A stretch of DNA of 27,087 nt. Origin: Prevotella sp. Its GTDB lineage: Bacteria > Bacteroidota > Bacteroidia > Bacteroidales > Dysgonomonadaceae. Of this stretch, positions 19,935-27,087 are shown one piece after another. The translations under genes and the position numbers were made by a program. Below the pieces are notes generated by a model. That model had not been told where the DNA came from, ran no database searches, and saw nothing but the letters and a program-made list of their open reading frames with translations. The DNA lies in the NCBI GenBank assembly GCA_031285625.1, contig JAITVV010000028.1, positions 1 to 27,087 on the forward strand, given 5' to 3'. Numbering within the stretch: the stretch's first letter is position 1; every line of letters starts with the position of its first letter.

Positions 19935-19952
19935 TGACTTATCAGGTGTTTT
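19921..19952. terminator. Inverted repeat: tra operon terminator or operator
   Basis: AAAACACCTGA-N10-TCAGGTGTTTT; on the minus strand the stem ends in a T-run. Confidence 0.55.
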
Positions 19953-19978
19953 CCAATAATTTAATGGTTTATTCGAGG

Positions 19979-20089
19979 CTATTCTACCTCCTCCCCCCAC
20001 AACTCCACATCCGTCTTAGCATTCCGGCAGGCGACATACGCCCAACCATCAACTACGGTAGCGAACAAAATGTAGCATAGAATAAACAT
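19979..20089 (-). CDS. Putative 36-aa peptide coupled to traQ
   Basis: TGATG stop/start overlap with traQ; MFILCYILFATVVDGWAYVACRNAKTDVELWGEEVE. Confidence 0.3.
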   Translation of the reverse strand: MFILCYILFATVVDGWAYVACRNAKTDVELWGEEVE

Positions 20090-20538
20090 CATATCCCCGA
20101 AGTTTCAGTTTCTACCTCCTCTTCCGTTGTCTCATTGTTGAACGTGAATATCAAAGGAAATTCCCTTCCAAAACTATCGAAGAATACCACTTCTACATTA
20201 TGCGCATCTTCTGACATGGAACGAAAATACAGCCTGAAAGAAATATCTGTTATTTCGTATGCATCATTCGGAAGAAATGGCTCATCATCATTCATCCATA
20301 AGAGACCGGAGCCATCATATTGGAAGTAACGCAGATAGTAGCGGGTATTGTCGTATTCGCCCTGCCGGTGCAGCGTACAGCGTATTTCGGCTACCTCATT
20401 CACCTGTAGCTTTTTCGGCACAGGCAGGTGAGAGACCGAGAATTCATAATCCTGCATAATATCAATATCGTCGCTACAGGCACACGCTATCGCAGCCAGC
20501 AATAGCGTAAAAATAATATAGGATGCACATTTTCTCAT
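20089..20538 (-). CDS. traQ: Conjugative transposon lipoprotein TraQ (DUF3872)
   Basis: Lipobox then DDIDIMQDYEFSV.HLPVPK, EIRCTL and RYFQYDG.G. Confidence 0.88.
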   Translation of the reverse strand: MRKCASYIIFTLLLAAIACACSDDIDIMQDYEFSVSHLPVPKKLQVNEVAEIRCTLHRQGEYDNTRYYLRYFQYDGSGLLWMNDDEPFLPNDAYEITDISFRLYFRSMSEDAHNVEVVFFDSFGREFPLIFTFNNETTEEEVETETSGI

Positions 20539-20567
20539 TTTGTTTTATTTTTTTAGATGTTAAATAT

Positions 20568-21155
20568 TTAATTCAGGATAAACTTGATACCTCCGCCTAT
20601 TTGGGTATGAAACAGGTTAATGGAGGAACCGCCCAGAATACGTTCCCTGACAGTGAGCAGCAATACAATACGGTCGGATAAGTATGTTTCCACCTCGAAT
20701 GTTACCGCCCCGCCGTACAGGAAATTATCCTCACTGCTAATGGTAGCCCCATCGAACAGGAGCTTCTCTCCCCAGTTCACCGTTTCGTACCCCGCCATCG
20801 CCGAAGCTCCGATAGAGAAGAAAACCGTCTTGCTCGGGTCGCTCAGGAACTTGTAGTAATACCCGCCCTCTACTGTGAATTGGACGGTTGGTATCAACTC
20901 CGTTTTATATTGGTAGGACTTTTGCAGGTACTCCCCGCCGAATACCCAGCGGTTGCCGTTCTTCGTGTAGGTGGTAAGGGCGATACCGCCCGCAAAGGCT
21001 TGTTTGTTCCCCTTTTCCAAATAGAAGCCATCTACCGCACTTGCTGTTACTTGTAGTCCTTTCTGTCCCGGCAAATAACGCTGAGCGTGTGCCTGCCCAC
21101 AGAGGGCAAGGCTCAATGAAAAGGCCAATGTGATTATTAATGTTATTCTGTTCAT
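20568..21155 (-). CDS. traO: Conjugative transposon protein TraO
   Basis: AHAQRYLPGQKG, QFTVEGGY, GYETVNWG; position after traN. Confidence 0.92.
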   Translation of the reverse strand: MNRITLIITLAFSLSLALCGQAHAQRYLPGQKGLQVTASAVDGFYLEKGNKQAFAGGIALTTYTKNGNRWVFGGEYLQKSYQYKTELIPTVQFTVEGGYYYKFLSDPSKTVFFSIGASAMAGYETVNWGEKLLFDGATISSEDNFLYGGAVTFEVETYLSDRIVLLLTVRERILGGSSINLFHTQIGGGIKFILN

Positions 21156-21197
21156 CTGTTTTTATATTATATCTGTTAACAGAAGGGTCTGTGACCC

Positions 21198-22208
21198 TTA
21201 CTTTATTTTCAGTTCGTTGATTTGTTTAGCACAAATAAGGTCGGTGTTCTCAATGGTAAAGGTCTGGTTCCGTCCGCCGTTCTTCTCAAAGACTTCAATA
21301 ATCAGTTGCTTGTCGGCAGGAATCGTGATTTTGTCCAATGCGAACACCGTGCGTTCCATCTGATTAGCCCCAACGGATGAAACGAAGTTGTAGGAACGAA
21401 GCGGATAGATAACCGTTTCCTGCATACTGGTTCGTTTCGCCAGCTTCTTATCAACGATTTTCATCCGCACAAAATCAATATCGAAGGATACATTGGTGGA
21501 GTTCTGAATCTGTGTATGCAGGTACAGGAGGTTGTTGTGCGAATAAACCCCTTTCAGGGTATACCGGATACCGAAACGTTTTCCGCCGATGTGCTTGATG
21601 TGGCGTTTGTTGTCGGTGTATATGGCACGGTTTATCAGGTACACAATGCGGGGCGATTCACTGCCGAGTTCTTTCAGATAGATGTCTAAACTGTTATTCG
21701 GACGGTTGGTAGCGATGCCATCGTGCATAAAGTCCTTCATTTCAATGTTGAGCTTTTCCGGCTCGTCCGCATATTTTACATTATAGGTGTAATAGCTTCC
21801 TTCGTCCGTAATCACGGCAAGGTTGGTTTCTGTTTCAAAGCCCCGGATAGCTGCTTTGACTCGCAGGATATTTTCCGAAGTACCCGCCTTGCCTGCAATG
21901 ATATTCGCCGAACCCAAGTCCACATAACGGATGGACGAGGGAAAGATGATATGCACCGTTTTGTCAAATGTAACCTCCAGTCCATAAGGCGGTATCATCC
22001 GGTCAAAGGTGATTTTCTTGGTCAAGCCTTCGTAATAATCCCCGAATGTGGGATTGAGTACTTGCTGCAGGTCTTCCTGCATCTCTTCCGGTGTTTTATT
22101 GACAACAGGAATCGTATCGTTATTTTCTTTTCCTGTATTGTTTTCTGTCTGTGCATTGGCTGTAATCGTTGTTACCGCCAAAGCGAATAATAAAATGTAC
22201 TTTTTCAT
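21198..22208 (-). CDS. traN: Conjugative transposon protein TraN
   Basis: FDRMIPPYGLEVTFDKTVHIIFP, YVDLGS and EKNGGR. Confidence 0.93.
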   Translation of the reverse strand: MKKYILLFALAVTTITANAQTENNTGKENNDTIPVVNKTPEEMQEDLQQVLNPTFGDYYEGLTKKITFDRMIPPYGLEVTFDKTVHIIFPSSIRYVDLGSANIIAGKAGTSENILRVKAAIRGFETETNLAVITDEGSYYTYNVKYADEPEKLNIEMKDFMHDGIATNRPNNSLDIYLKELGSESPRIVYLINRAIYTDNKRHIKHIGGKRFGIRYTLKGVYSHNNLLYLHTQIQNSTNVSFDIDFVRMKIVDKKLAKRTSMQETVIYPLRSYNFVSSVGANQMERTVFALDKITIPADKQLIIEVFEKNGGRNQTFTIENTDLICAKQINELKIK

Positions 22209-22251
22209 TTTTCTTTTTTATTTATTTGATTATTAAAATGTTTGTTGAATC

Positions 22252-22283
22252 CATTGGCACATTGGCACATCTTCACATTGGCT
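22252..22283. repeat. Octamer tandem repeat (CATTGGCA-like x4) between traM and traN
   Basis: CATTGGCA CATTGGCA CATCTTCA CATTGGCT. Confidence 0.75.
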
Positions 22284-22285
22284 AA

Positions 22286-23629
22286 TTAGTCTTGTTTAGG
22301 AAGCAACATCACCCGATAGCCGCTTTTCAGATGCACTTTCACCTGTCTGATTTTCTTCTGCATATACTGGCTGACACCCTGTATCGCCCCTTTGGTCAGG
22401 TCGGAGGTAATCTGTGCTCCCGCATCATCGGTTATCGTGAAGCCCGAACCGACCGAGCTTCCCATATTGGCGGCAATCTCCTTGACAGCATCCAGTTCCA
22501 GCGAGTTCGGAATAAAAATGCCCCGCTGCCCGTCCGAATCGTAAATGTCGATTTCCACCGGGATAATCGCCCCGCCCAACTCAATGGAATTGATGGAGAT
22601 ACCCAGCCGTTCGCCTTGCAGAGCCGCCGTTCCCGTCAAAATGGAGTTGGCGGGGATGACCGTTGTTCCCGCAATCAGGGCTTCGGTCAGTCGCAAACGG
22701 ACACTTTGCCCGCTGATAAGCGTCTGGTCATCGTGTATCACCGCCGAAATGGTATTTTTCTCATTTACCCCGGCAGTGGCCTCCATTGTGTTAAATCCCA
22801 TATTGCGGGGCTGGTTGAAGCCTGCGATAAACTCAGTATTGGGAATATGCTGTGCCAGTGCCGATACCGTTTGTTCCCGCACCTGCTTGATAACCGATAC
22901 CTGCGTCCTGTCATTCCTGCCACTGTTGTTGGAGGAAGAATTGGCTTGAGAGCCTCCAGCTTCCAATGTTATAGATTCACTCTTTGCCGATTGTCCTTGC
23001 GGGGTTTGTCCACCCGGCATATACTTAGCTGCCAGCTGGTAGGATTTTTCGATAAGAGCCAGCTGGTCATTGGCAGCATCCTGCTTGGTGGTTTCCTCTT
23101 CCAATTTGCGTTCCAGCTCCTGCATACGCCATTCGAGGGCAAGCTGTGCCTGTTCATCTACCTCTGTGGCGGGCTCTTCATAGAAATTGCTCAAGGTGCT
23201 GCTGATATTCCGGTAGGAAGATGCCGAGTTACGAATGGCATCATCCGAAGGCGCACTTTTCCGGCTTATTTTCTCTTCGGTAATCCCAATCACATTTCCG
23301 TCTATCGCCTCCTGCTCGTCCCCGATAAGGGAAGAGAAGTCTTCGAGCGATTTACGCTTATTATCCCTGTTGTGCATCAATGCTTCCTGTTCATAGGCTT
23401 TCTGCTTGTCGCCGATGATTCCCTGATTGTTCGGGTCGGGGATTTCGGTATTGAAGCCCTGTCCCTGTTCTTCTTTTTCCTTATCGGAAGACGAGGGTGC
23501 GAAAATCAGGTACAATACGCCCAAAAAGATAATGCCGATAAGGGCGAAGAAACCATATTTTTTTAACAGTTGCTTCTGCTTCTCTTTCTCCTGCTGCTCA
23601 TCCCCTGTTTTTTCCTGTTCTTTTTTCAT
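22286..23629 (-). CDS. traM: Conjugative transposon protein TraM
   Basis: N-terminal TM, GFNTEIPDP, SYQLAAKYMP, GQSVRLRL, YDSDGQRGIFIP and VKVHLKSGY. Confidence 0.93.
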   Translation of the reverse strand: MKKEQEKTGDEQQEKEKQKQLLKKYGFFALIGIIFLGVLYLIFAPSSSDKEKEEQGQGFNTEIPDPNNQGIIGDKQKAYEQEALMHNRDNKRKSLEDFSSLIGDEQEAIDGNVIGITEEKISRKSAPSDDAIRNSASSYRNISSTLSNFYEEPATEVDEQAQLALEWRMQELERKLEEETTKQDAANDQLALIEKSYQLAAKYMPGGQTPQGQSAKSESITLEAGGSQANSSSNNSGRNDRTQVSVIKQVREQTVSALAQHIPNTEFIAGFNQPRNMGFNTMEATAGVNEKNTISAVIHDDQTLISGQSVRLRLTEALIAGTTVIPANSILTGTAALQGERLGISINSIELGGAIIPVEIDIYDSDGQRGIFIPNSLELDAVKEIAANMGSSVGSGFTITDDAGAQITSDLTKGAIQGVSQYMQKKIRQVKVHLKSGYRVMLLPKQD

Positions 23630-23993
23630 TGCTTATTAAAAATTTGTCGTTTATACTATCTATATTATCTGTGTCTTGCAGGTAGAGTTCTATATCGACC
23701 GGAGAATCCATTAATTCCATCCTGTTGATATTGTCGCTATCATTCTCTGCGTCAGAGTCCATAATACCCAAGCCCTCTATATGCTGCATTTCGGGAATTT
23801 CTTGTCTTCCGTCCCTATGTCCCCAGTTGTATATAGTGAAGATGGAGAAATACAGATTCCCTATGGTAAATATCAGCAGCATGGAGAGGATGACCATCAG
23901 CCGTGCATCTTCCGAAAGCCCTCCGCATATCCGGCGGAGTCTGTCATTGATGCTATATCCCAGTTCTTTGAAAATATGCTTTAAATACTTCAT
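23598..23993 (-). CDS. traL: TraL-family conjugative transposon protein
   Basis: LRRICGGLS..ARL.VIL plus a TM and MQHIE; located between traK and traM. Confidence 0.75.
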   Translation of the reverse strand: MKYLKHIFKELGYSINDRLRRICGGLSEDARLMVILSMLLIFTIGNLYFSIFTIYNWGHRDGRQEIPEMQHIEGLGIMDSDAENDSDNINRMELMDSPVDIELYLQDTDNIDSINDKFLISNEKRTGKNRG

Positions 23994-24004
23994 AGCCTTG
24001 TGGA

Positions 24005-24631
24005 TTAGCGTTCAACGGTCAGGATGTCCTTATTCTCCCTTATCTCGAAATTCTCCATAAAGAAGCCGTGAGGGTTATCGTCCGAACGGGAGGTATTCAA
24101 CAATTGGCAAGTAGTAACCAACGAGCGTTCCGTCAAATTACTTTCCCTTATGATAATCTGCCGGGCATAAGTCGCTACCTGGTAGGGGTACACATCAAAG
24201 TCGCATTTGATACTGTCCACAATCACGTTCTGGATGATATTGCCGGAGATGATACGATTGTAATACCCCTTTTCCGCCCAGTCCTTGTAATAATTAAAGG
24301 CGGTCTTGTCACACAGCACCATTGCCCGCTGAATATTGCTTTCTATCGCATTCTTGTCGGGCGAGAGGGTAAAGAACAATTCGTGAAAGCGTTTGACATG
24401 TTCCCGCGCTTCGACAGGTCTGTTTTGCGACAAGTCCTGCGAGAGAGCCAGCATCAAGGATTTTCCTTCGTCCAGCACATAGATTTTCTCCCTTTGCTTT
24501 TCAGCAAAACCGTAGGCGCTCCATACGGAATATCCCGCGACTATGGCACACAGGCAAAGGGATACGATGCTGAACAGCCTGATTTGCCGGAAACTGGTTT
24601 CTATATTTTTTAAACTTTTAAATTCCATCAT
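24005..24631 (-). CDS. traK: Conjugative transposon protein TraK
   Basis: MEFKSLKNIETSFRQIR, HVKRFHELFFTLSPD and RSDDNPHGF. Confidence 0.95.
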   Translation of the reverse strand: MMEFKSLKNIETSFRQIRLFSIVSLCLCAIVAGYSVWSAYGFAEKQREKIYVLDEGKSLMLALSQDLSQNRPVEAREHVKRFHELFFTLSPDKNAIESNIQRAMVLCDKTAFNYYKDWAEKGYYNRIISGNIIQNVIVDSIKCDFDVYPYQVATYARQIIIRESNLTERSLVTTCQLLNTSRSDDNPHGFFMENFEIRENKDILTVER

Positions 24632-24733
24632 ACTAATGTGATAATTTGAGAATATGCCGATATGCCAATGGTAATTACCGAGCCGTGTAATTATCCGTCC
24701 ATTGGCACACCGGCCTGTTAAACTATTGGCTCC

Positions 24734-25831
24734 TTAAGTTCTCTCCGGAGAGTTGGAGTTTCTGCCATTTGTAGAGTAGTTTCGTCCCTGAGGCTGGCTG
24801 CCATTGCTGCTACCGGAATTTCCGCTATTGCCTCCGGAACCACTGCTTTTTAGTCTTCCTACAATATTTCCACCTGCTGCACCGGCTCCGGCACCTGCCA
24901 CGGAAGCGCCCTTAGATGTGGACTGGTTGACGTTCTTACCGTAGTTACCCATACCACCCGCTTGGATGATCCATCCTGCAACAGTCGGAATGGTGAAGAA
25001 TCCCACAATGCCGATGAGCAGGAAGACCACATATACGCCGTCCGAAGCATCCAGTGAATAGTTCGGATCTTCCTGCATACGGAGAATGTCGCTTTCCAGC
25101 ATCCGCACTTGGAGCCGCGCCATAATGGAACTGAACAAGTCCGATACGGGAAGCCACAGATAAACGCTGACATAGCGTGTGAGCCACTGGACAAGCGTCG
25201 ATTGGAAGCCATCGAAGACCGATATGGCAAAAGCTATCGGCCCCAGTATGGCAAGCACAATCAGGAAGAACGTCCGTATCACATCTATTATCAGGGCGGC
25301 GGCGTTAAACAGCGTTTCCAAAAACGAGCGGAACAAACCCTGAAACCATTTCTTCATATCGTAGAAGGAGCGCTCTATATACATCCCCGCTATTTCCGGC
25401 GCATCCGTGATGCCCAGTTCTTCCAGTTTCTTGTCGAACTCCGCCTGATCGACCAAATAAGCGGTTTCCTTGTTCCGCTTCTTCTGTTCGATTTCGAGCT
25501 TGTCATTGGTCTCCGCCAATGCCTGCATATCCAGTGTCTGCTGTCCCAAGATACCGTGTGCACCCTGTACGACCGGATTGAGGATAGAGTTTACCGTACC
25601 CAGCACCAATGTAGGGAAGAACATAATGCAGATACCGATAGCAAAAGGGCGTAAGAGCGGATACACATCTATCTGTTCTGCCCGAGCGATGCTTTGCCAT
25701 ACACGGGACGAGACATAGAGCAATGCTCCGATACCGGCGATGCCTTTGGCTACCCCGATAAGGTCGCCGCAGAGCGGCATCATGTCGTTGTAGAGGTCGC
25801 GGAGTATCTGATGAATACTTTCAAAATCCAT
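24734..25831 (-). CDS. traJ: Conjugative transposon protein TraJ (VirB6-like)
   Basis: AKGIAGIGAL, IDVYPLLRPF, FDGFQSTL.QW..RY.SVYLWLPVSD; low-complexity G/S/N tail. Confidence 0.95.
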   Translation of the reverse strand: MDFESIHQILRDLYNDMMPLCGDLIGVAKGIAGIGALLYVSSRVWQSIARAEQIDVYPLLRPFAIGICIMFFPTLVLGTVNSILNPVVQGAHGILGQQTLDMQALAETNDKLEIEQKKRNKETAYLVDQAEFDKKLEELGITDAPEIAGMYIERSFYDMKKWFQGLFRSFLETLFNAAALIIDVIRTFFLIVLAILGPIAFAISVFDGFQSTLVQWLTRYVSVYLWLPVSDLFSSIMARLQVRMLESDILRMQEDPNYSLDASDGVYVVFLLIGIVGFFTIPTVAGWIIQAGGMGNYGKNVNQSTSKGASVAGAGAGAAGGNIVGRLKSSGSGGNSGNSGSSNGSQPQGRNYSTNGRNSNSPERT

Positions 25832-25840
25832 AAATTTTTA

Positions 25841-25980
25841 ATTTGAAGATTTGACAAATAACATTCGCCGAAGCGAATGCGAGGCAATTAGCAAATTCGG
25901 AAATGAAAAAACATTTGCTAATCTCCGAATTTGCTCATTTGCTCATTGTTGACTGTTAACTGCTCACTGTTAACTGTCCA
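25841..25980. repeat. Composite intergenic repeat: octamer-based inverted repeat, 29-nt insert, heptamer array
   Basis: AGCAAATTCGGA/TCCGAATTTGCT arms (25890-25901/25924-25935); five YTG-start heptamers at 25946-25980; insert at 25859-25887. Confidence 0.7.
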
Positions 25981-26610
25981 TTACCAGTACCTGTCGTTTT
26001 CGTCCCCGTACAAGTCCAGTACACGCCCGGTCGTATTTTTCTCCTTTGCCCGGAGCAGGGAGACGGAGATATTCTTGTTGGTATAGTACTTTACCAAAGA
26101 GCGGTATTCCAGCATCTTGTTGTAGGCATTGTCTATCACCTCCATCCGCTCCTTATCCGAGAGGGACAGGGTGCTGACGTTCACTATCCCCTTGAGTTCC
26201 TGCAACACGTCATCCGATTCGTTGAGCAGCTTGGTGTAGCCGTCTGCGATAGCTACCAGTTCCTCTACCGTAAAATTGTCATCGGAGAGCATATTCTCAA
26301 AGCTGTTTACATAGATGTCGGTAATCTCACCCACCAAGAGGATGGTTTTCTGCACTTTCTTGGCATCCTTTACCATGTTGTTTACCTTTTTCAGGGCATC
26401 GTAGTATTCTTTTCCCTGATTGTATACCTTTTGAACCTCCTTAAAGTTGTTCAGCATGTTGGTAGCCGTACTGGAAGTCTGCACGATGTTTTTAGTGGCA
26501 TTGATAATGCCCTGCGCCAGATTACCCGGGTCACTTACGACCCACTGGGCTTTCGCCCCCGTTACGGCAAGCATACAGCTTACGCATAACATGAAAATTC
26601 TTATCTTCAT
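25981..26610 (-). CDS. traI: DUF4141 conjugative transposon protein (TraI)
   Basis: AQWVVSDPGNLAQ, GKEYYDALK.VN and YYTNKNISVS; upstream of traJ. Confidence 0.88.
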   Translation of the reverse strand: MKIRIFMLCVSCMLAVTGAKAQWVVSDPGNLAQGIINATKNIVQTSSTATNMLNNFKEVQKVYNQGKEYYDALKKVNNMVKDAKKVQKTILLVGEITDIYVNSFENMLSDDNFTVEELVAIADGYTKLLNESDDVLQELKGIVNVSTLSLSDKERMEVIDNAYNKMLEYRSLVKYYTNKNISVSLLRAKEKNTTGRVLDLYGDENDRYW

Positions 26611-26706
26611 ATTCACTTGTTTTTAATTAATAAATTACTGATTAATAAACTCTTGTTTACTCTTTGTCTTTCGTTTTTTCTGTATTCTCGTTATCGTGGT
26701 TTACCC

Positions 26707-26762
26707 AAGTCCCCCTTTGGGGAAACAGCGTTCGCCGAAGCGTAGGCGAGGCAATTAGGGGG
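26707..26762. repeat. REP-like GC-rich palindrome containing a second copy of the 29-nt insert
   Basis: AAGTCCCCCTTTGGGGAAA[26726-26754]TTAGGGGG; insert is 24/29 identical to 25859-25887. Confidence 0.65.
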
Positions 26763-27087
26763 CTGCCAGCCGTTTTATCGCCAACTCCAAATCCCCTCCC
26801 AATTCTTCGGCTAAGCGGAAGACCTCCACCTTTTCCGTCTCTTCGGTGGTATAGGTCAGGTACTCGCTTTTGGAAACCTCTGTCGCATAGACCGCCGACT
26901 GCATACCTCCCAGTCCTATCCATACCTCCTTGTAAAGCCTTGCCGGGTCGTTTGCCATGTTGATGGATAGTATCTGTCCCCGTTCCTTGTCCGTCAGTCC
27001 GAGCATGTTCTGAATGCCATCGAACTTATTCATGTATTTTCGCTGGTCTAACAAAATCTTACAGTCGGAGTTGGTGATAATGGCTTC
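26755..27087 (-). CDS. traG: TraG VirB4-like ATPase, C-terminal fragment (runs off window)
   Basis: EAIITNSDCKILLDQRKYMNKFD...YKEVWIGLGG.QSAVYATEVS..EYL.YTTEETEK. Confidence 0.93.
   Translation of the reverse strand, partial: EAIITNSDCKILLDQRKYMNKFDGIQNMLGLTDKERGQILSINMANDPARLYKEVWIGLGGMQSAVYATEVSKSEYLTYTTEETEKVEVFRLAEELGGDLELAIKRLAAP

Larger units (their letters stand above)
12650..27087. mobile_element. End of a CTnDOT-like Bacteroidales conjugative transposon/ICE (continues beyond window; left boundary approximate)
   Basis: traG-traQ cluster, oppositely oriented terminal hypothetical genes, defence cargo, and a shift to higher GC after ~12.8 kb. Exact att site not identifiable from one end. 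Confidence 0.88.

Noticed and set aside
22292-23566. 424-aa plus-strand ORF
   Set aside because: Antisense to traM in codon register; a typical shadow ORF with no motifs.
26657-26923. 88-aa ORF as traH
   Set aside because: Mostly an alternative frame of traG plus repeat sequence; no resemblance to TraH that I can see.

Overview
Bacteroidales genomic DNA (gene families, the AQ signal-peptide cleavage pattern and TAnnTTTG promoters suggest Dysgonomonas or a relative; this is inference). The left ~12.6 kb is chromosomal. It holds two paralogous secreted fibre/adhesin-like genes, each preceded by a long conserved non-coding leader with covarying stems and a GA tract (a perfect (AG)31 microsatellite in the first copy). 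It also holds a carboxypeptidase-regulatory-domain protein, groES-groEL, an L,D-transpeptidase, an outer-membrane barrel protein and a lipoprotein-DUF3822-rsmD operon. From ~12.65 kb to the window end lies one end of a CTnDOT-like conjugative transposon (ICE). It comprises a ~275-nt foldback with the geometry of a single-stranded-DNA promoter, six uncharacterised plus-strand genes, an AT-rich Gabija-like gajA/gajB cassette with a frameshifted gajB, and traG(partial)-traI-traJ-traK-traL-traM-traN-traO-traQ on the minus strand. Best candidates for undescribed biology: (1) the microsatellite-containing structured leader RNA, (2) a Bacteroidetes-type ssDNA promoter driving putative establishment/anti-defence genes, (3) a 29-nt mini-insertion nested in REP-like repeats between tra genes. 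All calls are by eye, without database searches or folding software.
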